Of a DNA stretch of 64,000 bases, positions 11,380 to 24,849 are shown piece by piece. The stretch comes from Octopus bimaculoides. Taxonomy: Eukaryota. A program made the position numbers and the translations under genes. Where the stretch lies: contig NC_068986.1 in NCBI RefSeq assembly GCF_001194135.2, forward strand, positions 46,809,254-46,873,253, in the 5' to 3' direction. The notes under the pieces are model-generated. The model was not told the DNA's origin and searched no databases. It saw nothing but the letters and a program-made list of their open reading frames with translations. Position 1 is the stretch's first letter. The number at the start of each line of letters is the position of its first letter.

Positions 11380-12020
11380 TAGCAGTATTTTGCCCGTCGC
11401 TACGTTGTGAGTTCACATTCCGCTGAGGTCGACTTTACCTTTCATCCTTTCGTTGTCTATAAAATAAGTACCAGTGAAACACTGGGGCCGATGAAATCGA
11501 CTTATCCCCTCCTCCACAAAATGCTGCCCTTGTGGCAAAATTTGAAACTATTACTATTATTATTATTAGAGCGGCGAGCTGGCAGAATCGTTAACACGCC
11601 GGGCAAAATGCTTCGCGGCATTTCGTCTGTCCTTACGTTCTGAATTCAAATTCCGCCGAGGTCGACTTTGCCTTTCATCCTTTAGGTGTCGATAAATTAA
11701 GAACAAGTTGCGTACTGGGGTCGATGTAATCGACCTTAATCCTTTCCACAAAATTTGAGGCCCTGTGCTTCCAGTAGAAAGGATTATTATTATTATTATA
11801 TATTATGATTATTATTATTATTATTATTAAGGCGGCGAGCTGGCAGAATCGTTAGCACGCCGGGTGAGATTCTTTGAGGTATTTCATCTTCCGTTACGTT
11901 CTGAGTTAAAATTCCGCTGAGATTGACTTTATCTTTTATCCTTTCGGGATTGGTAAAATTAGTAATCGACTTAATCCCTTCTCCTAAATTTGAGGCCTTG
12001 TGGTTCCAGTAGAAAGGATT
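11380..12020 (+). mobile_element. Head-to-tail array of three family-1 SINEs separated by (TTA)n
   Basis: Units at 11380-11550, 11569-11785 and 11829-12020, each with GTTCTGAGTTCAAATTCCGC-type and CCTTTCATCC-type cores. Confidence 0.9.
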
Positions 12021-13295
12021 ATTTGATGAGGTGGGAAAATGTCAACATTGATGAGGGTAAATTTGATCTCTGAACGGAATGAGAACAAAGCTAAGTCCAA
12101 CAAATTTGAAGCGTTACTACTTTAGCGTCGCGCATTCTTCCTTTTGATACATCTGTAGTAAAGTAAATTATTTTCATTAAAATACTTTAGAATATATCAT
12201 TGATGATTTGATGTATTGCATTCATATTTCTCAATAAATCGAATTAGACAAAATTTTCCTACATTATTATATCTAACATCATTAAACAATAAAAAAAAAA
12301 GTGTTAAAATGTTTTATGGTTTCAATTAATTTTTTTTTTTTCTGAAAGAAAAATTTTCCTTCGTTTCAGAAAATTATTATTAATTATATCAGTGTCATGA
12401 ATTGTTGATCTTTGAAAATGTTATAACACTAATTGTTATCTTTGATGTTTTTAATCTAACCGTTAGAATTTCCAATTAATGTCATCTCACTATTAAGAAT
12501 GAATTGCGTTATCTATTAGGTTCCTTTAAAATTCCACGTTTGTCATGATCCTTAAGAGTAAACCTACCGGTGAGGCAATTCTTAATAAAAACTCTGTGTT
12601 TATACATTATGTGCTATTTAAAGTATTCAGAAAATTGCGTTTGGTGGCTGATCATTTCTAAAGAAACACAAATATAGCCATGTAAGAAGTTGGACCACCA
12701 CCAACAACCCGAGAGATACCGATAAAAGCATTTCAAACGTCAATATCACCATGTAATCATCACGAGAAGTAATGTTCAGGAAATTATAGTCTTAAAATAC
12801 GAAACGGTATGCCAATAGCAATTACGAATTTTTCGTTCATTTTAGATCTCAAAAAGAAATCAAGACATTCTTTTCAGCGACGCAAAGCATCATTTGGTAA
12901 ACCAATACTCTCACACCACTCTTGGATTACACGACAAGGTAGTAATTGTGTACTATAAGAGAGTCACCCAACTTCTCCTTCTACTTCTTCTCCTCAGAGA
13001 TACTTTCTTCCGCCTCTTCTTAGAATGAAGTAGAGCTACTTATCAATATCTGTAAAATAAAAAGGTAGTCGATTAAGCAGACTAGTGAGAGCAGTGGACA
13101 AAATACGTTGCGATATTTGGTGTCTGTCTTTATGTTCTGAGTTCAAATCCCGTGAGGATCGATATCGCCTTTCAAACTTGTTGGTTGAGGTTCAACAAGT
13201 ACTAGTCTATCAAGTCGACCGTTGTTGTTCGCCAGAGCTAATCTAATAGACTATTGACCATCCTTGAAAATTAAGAGGGCTAGAAATCACAATCT

Positions 13296-14815
13296 TTAAT
13301 ATAGCGCTACAACCGTCCGGGTCGTGAGAGCAAAGGGAACACACATGTAAACAATTAAACAATTAACAAAAAAACTGAAAAAACAAAATTCCGCAATAGG
13401 TCAGGAGAACCACCAACGGGTAACCAAGGCACCTCAATGATCCTGGATGTCCTAGACTGCCATGTGTACCACATGGAGGTACTCCTTTCCCATCCGTTCT
13501 CTTCAGTCAACAGGATCAGATTAGGGCCAGCCAATCAGGTCATTATGGCTACATTCACCTACCCTTCATCCTTCATCAAACTTACAGAAGGTGACAGCAC
13601 ATCCACCTCCCTCTTTCACTGTGAAGTGGAATATTACAAAAATGTTGATGCAGGCTTGGCCGAGGAGGAAATTGAGGAGGAGGTATCGAGGAGGAAATCT
13701 TCAGTCCTTTCATTCTCGACCACAAACACAACCTTTTTTGTCATAGCCACCAGGCAGAGTAAAATTACCTGCCCTTCCTGACAAAAGGAGGACGGTGAGA
13801 AGATCTTTATGATGGAGTCAATCGATTGCCGTCCTGCATGCGATAGCACCCGTAACTCCACAAGTCATCAATGCTCAGATACTGTACAAGCGGACAGGAT
13901 GTTTTCGTCACTCTGCGCGCATCTCGGACAGGCTCGATACTACCATGAATGTATATCTTATCTCAAACTGATGATATCACTCATTAGCACTGCTAGTCTA
14001 GGATTTTCTTGAAATTACCCATAGGTTCTGTACTGAGAGTTCTTCGGAGGAGAACAGCCAGTTGATTTTCATTGACGCTGGGAGTTTCCTCGAGGACGTC
14101 GTCACACTTGTCCACCATTAATCTCCTATAGGACTACTTGAAACTTTCAATGGCCGCACTGTCCGATCAGTAGAGGGCTGTGAGCACCCAACGACACTCT
14201 TTGTGTCAAGCACCCAGTCTGATCCGAGACTGCAGCTCTGTCAAAGAGAAGAGCTGCAAAAAAGTGATTCTGACAAATGATGACTATTCTGTTCACCATT
14301 AAAGAAGTGTTGTAGCTGTCGAAACCTCAATGCATCCGTGCACCTTTAGCTACGGCAGTCCGCCATGCAGCAAATGTTGACAGCAAATAGACCGCCAGTG
14401 AAAGGGATGGAATAGCGAATCCGTCCCCTCCACAGAAAGCATTAGAGCAAGTGCTTTAGTCTGGTCAGCCATAAAACGAGTCAAGACATGACAATTAGGT
14501 AGTAGTAAATGATGGATGAGATGTAAGCGTTCGCTGCCTTCACTTGAACCTTCAGGGATAGCTTTCTCTCGACCCATTCATGGGTGAGATTGACCACCCT
14601 ATTCATCACCTCGCTCCTGTTCTTGTCTACCTGGAGATCAGAACCAAACTAGACCACATTTGACCGTATCACCGCTTCGTAGCCCCTCAGAACACTATTG
14701 ATCACCTTGCTGTATTTGATGTCCGACACTATAGTGTTGACATCATCTCATAAACTAACTTCACCTCCTTCTAGTTTATACGGGATACCTCTCAAAACTG
14801 CCAATTTCTGGGTAT
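13296..14815 (-). mobile_element. L1/Tx1-clade LINE ORF2 3' part (RT C-terminal region plus CCHC) and 3' UTR, decayed
   Basis: Minus-strand translation gives KLAVLRGIP...VSL*DDV (degenerate YADD), V*FGSDLQVDKN..EV, ERKLSLK, ICCQHLLHGGL, ACPRCAQSDE (13919-13930) and GQVILLCLVAMTKKVV. Confidence 0.8.
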
Positions 14816-15483
14816 GAATTTGGTTTTGCTTATGTTTGTAATGTTAGTGGTGTTTGTGAGTGTGAATGTGGTGTGTGGTGGAGTGACGATGATATTGTTG
14901 ATAGTACTAGTGTTATTCGTTCAGATCTCCCGGCTTCTTTAGCACAATGTACTTTTTTACTTTTGTTTTCTGAGTATTTTTTTTTTTTGTTATTTCAAGT
15001 GTTCTCCCTTACTTTCGCCAGATGACATTTCTGAGTGGTTGGAGAAGCAGCTCTTGTTATTTTCGTTCCTATTTTGAGATTTTTTGTTACTGTTGTCGGG
15101 GGATGTGATGTCCTTGAGGATGGTGCTTCTTTTGCTGTTTTGTTGTGGTTGTTTTTACTACTAGCATTTTTGCTTTTGTTTTTGCTGTACGTGCCATTTC
15201 CATTAATCGTGCTACTGATGCTACAACCAACATTACTGCGGTTAAATATTATAGCTGGGTGTTACTGTTGTACTTGGTTTCATTATTGTCACTATCGATG
15301 TTGTAGTGTTGGTGGTAGTAGAGTCCATTTCCCTGCTTCCGCTTCTTCTTCCTGTTGGGGACGGAAGGTGTCAAGGTGATTGGCGTTTCTGCAATTTTAG
15401 CATTAAAGCTTTCTAACCTCCATTATCACCTGCAGTTGTTGCACTCTTGAGATCACTGTTAGGTCGGGGATCTTGTCCAAAGG
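14816..15483 (-). mobile_element. L1/Tx1-type ORF1 remnant with a decayed CCHC zinc knuckle and T/N-rich linker
   Basis: LDKIPDL...LQVIMEVRK followed by C*NCRNANHLDTFRP (15402-15358; CX2CX4HX4C spacing with the last C changed to R), then a low-complexity tract. Confidence 0.55.
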
Positions 15484-15677
15484 TTTCAAATTTTGTCTAA
15501 GGCCAGCAATATTGAGGGGGAGGGGGGTCAGCCGATACCATCATCCCAGTGCAAGAAGTAGTATTTTATTGTATCGACCTTGGAAGGATGAAAGGAATTG
15601 TTGACCACGGAGGCATTTCGATTCAGAACATAAAGAACTACAAGAAATACTAGATGGCATTTTGTCCGACGCTGCCA
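15484..15677 (-). mobile_element. SINE family 1, diverged copy
   Basis: TTTCAAATTTTG tail and GGAAGGATGAAAGG core in reverse orientation. Confidence 0.7.
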
Positions 15678-16765
15678 GTCCAATAATATATTACTTGTAA
15701 TATAGATATTAGAAACATTGTATTAAGTATTTATAAGGTTTATTGTGAACCAAAGATATCAGATTCACAATCCAGTTAATGTGATTCAAACTCAGCAAAT
15801 AATATCGACAATTTCATTGTATTGTATTGCATTCACCGGACGTCTGCCCGACAACATACACGCTACTTCATTAACTTTTGTCGTCGCAAATAATGCTGAT
15901 TTAAAAGTTACTTCTATTTAATTTGCTAACTGTCTTGGTGTACCAGAACTTCCTGTATATTCGTGAATCTCGCATTGTACTATCATATTCTCTCAGCCAG
16001 CTTTCAGTCGTCCTATCAATATCTATGTTTGCTTAAGCGTGTCTTCTGTTATTACATCTATGGCGTGACTAAAGTAGATTTATATAGGTCTTCTGTACTC
16101 TAATTATAGCTTAAGATGCAGACCATTTATCAACCTTTTCCCTTCCGTTCATTTTTGTTGAAGTTATCACTCTGCTACCTGAAAGAAGAGATGATCGTAT
16201 GCCACCAGCTCATGTAAACAAAAAAAAGCTAATGTTCATGGGGGATACTAAGTAGGACAAATGAGTATATTTCGGAGTCAATGTCCCCGAACCTTGCTCT
16301 TTAATTAGTAGATTCTGGTTGTTTCATATTTCCCCAGATTAAATAGGGTATTGAGTAGTCGAGTGACTGAAAAACTTCCTTAATAATAAATAATAATAAA
16401 AACTTGAATTACAATTAAAATGTTATAAATTTCAATTCTATCTAAAAGGTTGATTCTTATAAGAACTTCTTGATAAATCTATTTGAATTCAGTCTAGTTT
16501 TATATTGAACTACATACAAGTAAAACTAATCTTCAAAATGTATTTCGAATGTGCCGTCACAGATTTATTAGATAAGTGAAATCTATTTATTCTGTCTTAT
16601 GAATACGGGATAAATAAGATATATCTATTTCATATTGATCATATTATCATCGTGAATTTGGTAGTCAGAAACTGTGTGTAAGCCAGACGTATGTGTGTGT
16701 GTGTGTGTGTGCGTGTGTGCTTGCGTGCGTGCGTTGTGTGTTTGTGTGTGTGTGTTTGTATGCGC

Positions 16766-16865
16766 GTGCGGAGGCGCAATGGCCCAGTGGTTAGGGCAGC
16801 GGACCCGCGGTCGGAGGATCGCGGTTTCGATTCCCAGACCGGGTGTTGTGAGTGTTTATTGAGCA
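16766..16865 (+). mobile_element. SINE family 2 head, running into a gap
   Basis: GGAGGCGCAATGGCCCAGTGGTTAGGGCAGCGGAC...GGTTTCGATTCCCAGACCGGG. Confidence 0.9.
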
Positions 16866-17819
16866 NNNNNNNNNNNNNNNNNNNNNNNNNNNNNNNNNNN
16901 NNNNNNNNNNNNNNNNNNNNNNNNNNNNNNNNNNNNNNNNNNNNNNNNNNNNNNNNNNNNNNNNNNNNNNNNNNNNNNNNNNNNNNNNNNNNNNNNNNNN
17001 NNNNNNNNNNNNNNNNNNNNNNNNNNNNNNNNNNNNNNNNNNNNNNNNNNNNNNNNNNNNNNNNNNNNNNNNNNNNNNNNNNNNNNNNNNNNNNNNNNNN
17101 NNNNNNNNNNNNNNNNNNNNNNNNNNNNNNNNNNNNNNNNNNNNNNNNNNNNNNNNNNNNNNNNNNNNNNNNNNNNNNNNNNNNNNNNNNNNNNNNNNNN
17201 NNNNNNNNNNNNNNNNNNNNNNNNNNNNNNNNNNNNNNNNNNNNNNNNNNNNNNNNNNNNNNNNNNNNNNNNNNNNNNNNNNNNNNNNNNNNNNNNNNNN
17301 NNNNNNNNNNNNNNNNNNNNNNNNNNNNNNNNNNNNNNNNNNNNNNNNNNNNNNNNNNNNNNNNNNNNNNNNNNNNNNNNNNNNNNNNNNNNNNNNNNNN
17401 NNNNNNNNNNNNNNNNNNNNNNNNNNNNNNNNNNNNNNNNNNNNNNNNNNNNNNNNNNNNNNNNNNNNNNNNNNNNNNNNNNNNNNNNNNNNNNNNNNNN
17501 NNNNNNNNNNNNNNNNNNNNNNNNNNNNNNNNNNNNNNNNNNNNNNNNNNNNNNNNNNNNNNNNNNNNNNNNNNNNNNNNNNNNNNNNNNNNNNNNNNNN
17601 NNNNNNNNNNNNNNNNNNNNNNNNNNNNNNNNNNNNNNNNNNNNNNNNNNNNNNNNNNNNNNNNNNNNNNNNNNNNNNNNNNNNNNNNNNNNNNNNNNNN
17701 NNNNNNNNNNNNNNNNNNNNNNNNNNNNNNNNNNNNNNNNNNNNNNNNNNNNNNNNNNNNNNNNNNNNNNNNNNNNNNNNNNNNNNNNNNNNNNNNNNNN
17801 NNNNNNNNNNNNNNNNNNN

Positions 17820-18139
17820 GCTCGTGAAATTAACGAGCAAATGGCTGAGCACTCCACAGACACGTGTACCCTTAACGTATTTCTCAGGGATATTCATCGT
17901 GACACAGTGTGACAAGGCTGACCCTTTGAATTACAGGCACAACAGAAACAGGAAGTAATAGTGAGAGAAAGTTGTGGTGAAAGAGTACAGCAGGGTTCGC
18001 TACCATCCCCTGCCGGAGCCTCGTGGATATTTAGGTATTTTCGCTCAATAAACACTCACAACGCCCGGTCTGGGAATCGAAACTGCGATCTTATGACCGC
18101 GAGTCCGCTGCCCTAACCACTGGGCCATTGCGCCTCTAC
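17820..18139 (-). mobile_element. SINE family 2, with its tail in the gap
   Basis: Near-identical to 33886-34274. Confidence 0.9.
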
Positions 18140-18222
18140 ACATCTACATACACCTACAGCAATCAAAGCTGTTTGTCAGCAGAAAAGGGAATAACAGAAA
18201 ATGTAATACTTTATCTGTCATC

Positions 18223-18458
18223 TTTTACTTGTTTGTTATTGGACTGCGGTCAAGCTGGACACCGCCTTGAAGGTTTTGGTCGAAAAAATTGACGCTAGTA
18301 CTTCATGTATTTCTTTAAGCCGGATATTTATTCTATCGGTCACTTATGCTGAACCACTAAGTTAGGGAGACATAGATAAGCTAGCACCAATTATAAAGTG
18401 ATGATAGGAGACAAACACAAACACAAAGACACACACAGAAGTATATACATACACACAG
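18223..18458 (-). mobile_element. SINE family 3, 3' half ending in its internal microsatellite
   Basis: Reverse complement matches the tail of 31741-32083 (CGATAGAATAA...CAGTC...AAGTAAAAGA). Confidence 0.7.
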
Positions 18459-18459
18459 T

Positions 18460-19182
18460 TGTCAAGTATCACCACAAACTTCGTTATTATGGCAGAGCGG
18501 CAAGAAGGAAGCAACTTCTTCGACCAACCAACATCAAGCGGAGAAAGGATTGGGCCAGTGAGATGGTGGAAAGGCCACTAGCATTTTGGGACACTCTCAT
18601 ATACTCTGATGAGTCCAGATTTACTGTATTTCCTGACAGCGGTCAGTGTGTATCTGGAGACTGTAATCAACACTTTCATGTGAAAAGAATGTAGCCAACA
18701 ATAAAACACTACAGCTATACCGTGATGGTTTGGAGAGCAATTTAGAGCAATGGTTGATCAGAGCTGGTGGAGTGTGAGGGAAACATAAACTCAGATAAAT
18801 ATGTGTCCATATTGCAGAAAGGACCCCTTCCAACCTTCTCCAGTGGTGAAATGATTAAAGAAGACTTTTTATCTATGGAGGATGGGGCTCCTTGTCGCAC
18901 GGCTAAAATTAACCAAGATTTGTTGGATGAGAATGGCATTAAAAAGCTTTCATAGCCAAGCCAGTCAACAGATATGAACCATATTGAACACATCTGGGAC
19001 ATGATGTGGACAAGACACTTTATAGAAAGAACAAGAAAGCATCTTCAAAGCCAGATCTTTTGAGATTACTGCATGGGACTTGGCAAGAATTTCCGCAAGA
19101 GAATATTTGTCATCTGATCAGTAACATTCCTAATAGAATCTTTGCATTGAAAAATGCAAAGGGCATATTTACTAAGTATTAA
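18460..19182 (+). mobile_element. Tc1-family DD34E transposase remnant, 5'-truncated
   Basis: YYGRAARRKQLL..NIKRRKDWA, YSDESRF (D1), EDGAPCRTAK (D2), 34 residues to the E in DMNHIEHIW, and the C-terminal TKY* typical of Tc1. Several in-frame stops; no TIRs seen. Confidence 0.9.
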
Positions 19183-19265
19183 ATATTCACATCATAACAA
19201 TTAATAAATAATTTGAATGTATAATTTCAGATTTTAATAAATTTGAATGATTATAAGCATGTCTA

Positions 19266-19306
<41 letters not shown>

Positions 19307-19934
19307 NNNNNNNNNNNNNNNNNNNNNNNNNNNNNNNNNNNNNNNNNNNNNNNNNNNNNNNNNNNNNNNNNNNNNNNNNNNNNNNNNNNNNNNNNNNNNN
19401 NNNNNNNNNNNNNNNNNNNNNNNNNNNNNNNNNNNNNNNNNNNNNNNNNNNNNNNNNNNNNNNNNNNNNNNNNNNNNNNNNNNNNNNNNNNNNNNNNNNN
19501 NNNNNNNNNNNNNNNNNNNNNNNNNNNNNNNNNNNNNNNNNNNNNNNNNNNNNNNNNNNNNNNNNNNNNNNNNNNNNNNNNNNNNNNNNNNNNNNNNNNN
19601 NNNNNNNNNNNNNNNNNNNNNNNNNNNNNNNNNNNNNNNNAATAGCAAAAGGAAAATGAAATAAAAGTTTCAAAAGCTGAGAGATCGGGTGAAGTCACTA
19701 ACATACTCCTAAACTAATTAACGCCAGAAGTAATCAGAAGGTAAAGTCATAGCATCTTTTAAGTAGATTAAACCTAAATAGTATTCTGCAGTTCTGCCAA
19801 CCTCGACTTCATTCCTTCGAATGTCGTATAAAAACGCATCATTCAGTCACCAAAACACTCATACGTCTCTTTCATTAGCTTCTACAAATTTCAATTAACA
19901 CTCTCAACCATCACACTACCGAAAAGAGACACAT

Positions 19935-19984
<50 letters not shown>

Positions 19985-22459
19985 AAGTACGTACGAACGT
20001 ACGCTATCAAAACACATCTGCTAATACTTTTAAAAGGGAAACATTGCAAAATGCGGTCCAAATACACTGAATAAAAGACAAGCCACAACACAAAACTTTC
20101 AGGTCTCTCAGCTTATACATTATACAAGCCCAAGAAAGAAACAGTGATACAAACTCAAGAAAGGAACAACAATACAAGCCCGAGAAAGAGGCTCAGTGCG
20201 ATCGTTTGACCTACAAGTTATAGCAGTCAAATCTCAAGCGAATCATAACATTTTAAATATAAGAACACTAAGTAATGTGGTCTTAGGTGTAACTGTCCCT
20301 AGCAAAAAGATGAGATGATCATGGCTGGAATGGTTTCTATCACAAGTTTACAAAGACTTTGCAAGCAAAAGACATTTAGACATTCAAATTGCTTGAACAC
20401 ATCTGATCACCACCCACTAATTCTTAAATAAACCTATACAACATTAACATATCTATAAAACATACAGTGTTGAATGCTCTCTTCGTTCCACTGTCCTCCA
20501 GACGCAGCTACACAAATTATATATTAATCAGTCAAATACCTGATTTTAAGTAACAGGCTGTCTGTCACACCTACTTATCAGCAATCTTACCAACAACACT
20601 ACAACAAACAAATACAATCACGATCACACCGAATAATATGAACACACCATACACAATCACACGCGCAATTATTATATAAACTCTACATACACACACAGCA
20701 GATACATACACGGAATAAATGCTAGAAATTACTAATACATTCTATAACATTTACAGTACACGTCTGAAAGTTAGTAACGAAGCAAAATGCTGAACAAGCA
20801 TACCAGGAGAACAGGTAGTCACTACAGGAAGAGACTAGCTGCATGATCTAACAACAGTAAACCTCAATAAAATACAACTGTGCTTTGTGACATATTAGAC
20901 GTAACAAAGACCTCACCCCTAGACTACCACCTACGCTACTCAAGAAATAAATTAGAAGTGAAAAATCACAGGGTCATAACAACCTTCTACATTACCGCTA
21001 TATGTAAATTCATGTTAAAACAATTAGATATCTACAAAACTTCAAACATTACTTCTTATCCGAAAAAAATATTCGCCTTTCATTCAGTCTATAAAATGAA
21101 CGTGCACAAAAATAGCAGTCGCATCAATAGTCTTATTAGCCTCAACCATAATACAATGATGTACACCAACAATGATTAGTGCAGAGTAACAGCAACAGTT
21201 GCACTCTTATCAGTACCTCGTTCTCCGCCTCTGATGTGGCTAAAAGGAAATCTACCAGCTTACATAACTGAATAATAGAAAATCTACTAAATGCCCTTCT
21301 GCTGTATTGTGATCTATAACGCATGGAACATGAAGCACGATCTTCAGCTTGGAGGCTTTGTATACCTAACGTTGCGTGACTGTAGATGGTACCTCGTCAT
21401 TTGATCTACTTACCTATATGCCATATATTTACATGATCAACAAAAGTTGTATCATGTTATCCACCATACGTCGACAGCATCACGAGAGCTACAAAGACGT
21501 ATGGCAACAATGCCTAAGAATTATAAGTTTGACAATTCTTTTTTTCTTATTTCTCTTTGTGTAATGAACAATAGCATGGCCACAAGCGGATAACTGAAAG
21601 CAGTAAAAGAATCACATGATATAATTCTAACAATAATGTAAAACAGTAAAATCTTTACATTCAATTTATTTTTCTCCATAATAATTATTTTCTCAGGCTG
21701 ATTAAAAGCACGCAATCCAAACCCAGAAGAAAGACGGACAAGAGTAGGAAATTAACAGCTGTAAGGAATATTTATTTTAAGCACCTAAAACCGAAATTGA
21801 ATTTCTGTTTTGAAGTATAAACACTAAATTGAAGGAGATTAATGGTGGTCAGCATCGGCAAAATATTAAAATGTCTCCTTCTTTGCTTTTTATCCCCGCC
21901 TGATTATAAAGAATCATCAGTTGTTGAAGCTAGAGCACACACTTATTTTATGTTTTAACTCAAATATAACAAGTAAGCTATGTTTAAAGTATTTCATATA
22001 GAAATACTCTGCTCTGGAAACTATTTGAAATATTTCAAAGAGAAATAATGTACTTGAAACATTGCTTCAAGTATTTCGCACAGAAAAAAAATCCAAATTG
22101 ACTGAACTGAAGGAATAATTTTAATATGCAAAGAACAATTTCAAACTTAAGTTGGTGGAACATTTTCAGCACGAAAGTAGTGTTTACGAAAAGTAAGAAA
22201 GATGCATTCAAAATGAGTATTAGTGATGTAACGTCAAAACACTAAAATCTCTTTAATGAATTTCAACACTAGCTCAAAACAGACAATAGGGATATTTGTA
22301 ATACAAGAAAGCATAACTCTTCTCTCTCTTTCTTTCTTCACACTTTCTTCCTTTCTCTCTCTCCCTCCCCTTTTCCATTTTTCTTTCTCTCTCTCTGTCT
22401 TTGTGATTATTTATATATGCGTGTATGCATTCTATAGCACAACGAATTAAGAATATATG

Positions 22460-23215
22460 CTGAGGTGAGAGGAGTTTCCGACGTTTCAGACATATTGCTT
22501 CCTCAGGTTTGTGATAAAAAGTAAAAGAAAAAGAAGACAGAAATGTTTCACATCCTATCAATAAGAGCAACACAAAGAAACTGAAAGGAAATGTTCATTT
22601 GCATGTGATTACATGTGTAGAGAAGTAGTGGGAGAAACTTGTCGAGAAAAGAAAAGGAAATGGAGGAGATAGAGGGGGGCAAAGAGGAAGAGAAAGCGGG
22701 TGACAATGAGTAGAGCGACAATTACAGCAAGAGAAAAGTTGAACATGTAAATTTTGGAGGTTTTCCTCGCAATGGTAACTTAAGCATTAAAGCATTATTG
22801 GAAACTTTCTGTATCTTCATCAGATATCTCAGTGTTACAAATATTAAGCCTCTCACATGAATGGGAAGTTAGGACGGAATTAGCGTTCGCCAACAAACGG
22901 GCTCCATTTACGGCTCGACCACTTTGGATACGTTTCAGCTACCTCTCTCATGAATATCTGCATGATATAGAGCTCTGATCTTGTCGAGAAATCGTGTCAG
23001 CTGACTTCAGTGGGGAATAGATATTTGGTTTATTTGGTTTTCTTGAGGTAGTGAGAAATATCAAGGCTGTACTTCCAGGGTGATATGAGTTCAGCCATGT
23101 TGATCGTTTCTGTACTGATAAGTAGAAGAACCATGCCAGACCGTAGAGAAGTTATTGCTACCTCTTCAGAAAATGTGAGTTCCCTTCTGACTCATTTGCA
23201 TCTCCTAGTCAAAAG
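22460..23215 (-). mobile_element. Possible Penelope-like element 3' remnant
   Basis: Weak GIY-YIG-like translation, a pyrimidine-rich tail, and a terminal CCTGAGGAAGC...TGAAACGTCGG motif of the kind found at Penelope ends. Confidence 0.4.
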
Positions 23216-23295
23216 CTAGACACAAAATAGAAAACGGATCTTTCATGCATGTTTATAAACATAAATATGTGTGTACTTATACAAGCATATAAATC

Positions 23296-23445
23296 CTTTC
23301 TACTATAGGCGCAAAGCGTGAAATTTCATGGGAAGATGATAATCGATTTCATCGACCCCAGACCTCCACTATTTATTTATTTTATCGACCCCGAAATTCG
23401 ACCTCAGTGGACTTTGAACTCAGATCGTAAAACTGAAAGAAATGC
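23296..23445 (-). mobile_element. SINE family 1, partial
   Basis: ATCGACCCC, TTTATCGACCCCGAAA and TTTGAACTCAGA in reverse orientation. Confidence 0.7.
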
Positions 23446-23689
23446 TTATTATAAGTGTGAAACAAATTCTAACTCGTACTAGTTATACTATTTTGTAATA
23501 ATTTCAGAACATAAAGAGAGTATAAACAAAAATATTACATACATTTTCAGGCTAGTGATTTGTAACACGCCAGAACTGACTGGAGACTGACATCAAGAAG
23601 TTGGAATATATCATGGTACTATATAATACTCTATGTACGGTATACATAAGAATTGTGTTTATAGTGGTTTTAGATATGGTAAATAAAAG

Positions 23690-23692
23690 TCA

Positions 23693-23764
<72 letters not shown>

Positions 23765-23960
23765 TGCATGTATGTACGTATATATGTATATATCATATAT
23801 GTCACACACACGCGCGCACACATACGCACGCACGCACATACACATATATACATACATATATATATATACAAACTTACAAACACACACACACATACATAAA
23901 TATATATATATATNNNNNNNNNNCATATACATATATATTTATATTTATATTTATATAAAG
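23690..23960. repeat. Compound (GT)n/(CA)n/(TA)n microsatellite
   Basis: Direct reading. Confidence 0.95.
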
Positions 23961-24849
23961 ATCATATAGGACGATATAATTGAAAGGAAAACTCATGGTA
24001 AAGGAAAACTACTAGAAATTAATAGCTACCCTAAAAGACTGATGCATAGAGAAAATAAGAACTAACATCAGAGATTTGTAAATAAAAAAAAAAATACAAG
24101 TTGCTTTGAAGCTGGTAAGAATATCTGGAATATATTTCCTCGTGTACCATAATGCTAAGATTACAGTTGCCATTTCTTGTTATTTCAAGATTTATCCAAA
24201 CTTCCTACTTGGCATCAATGATTGCACTTTTCTGAATAATCGACCAACTAACTTTAAAATTCATAAATTATGTATAATATACAGCATATGGAAATATTTT
24301 TAACAACAAATTCTGATTCCGTTAGGAAATGAATCTCAATGCAGCATTCTAATCTTTAGTTATCTCCTGCCAGAAGAGAGTTCAGAAAAGCCATTTGATA
24401 TATATAAATATTCAAAACACAGCGTCAGTTCATTTCTAACATATGCTGCGTTGTCAATATTTTACGTAAAAGCAATTGATCCAACATTTAATAAGATAGC
24501 ATATCTGGTTACCTTCAGTGATTACAAATTACACGGCATCTTTAACATGGCTTCATGTTCAGAAAGTTAATGTACCCTTTTGAAGATGTTTCTATGAATT
24601 ATTAGAGACCAATGTGAGAGGTCAGTCGGTGAGTTACATAATACATTGACCAATAAAATGCTGCAAGGTATTTATCGTACCTAGCCATCAATTTAAGATG
24701 TAAATATAAATACAGTATAGTGAAATATGTACACCAAAAGAGTACACATCGACAAGACAATATAAGAAAGGAAAGAAACGAACTTTGATGAGTGCTGGTT
24801 AGATTAATTCTTCCAGAAATCACCCCGAGGCATCATTTCTTTTTGCTTT

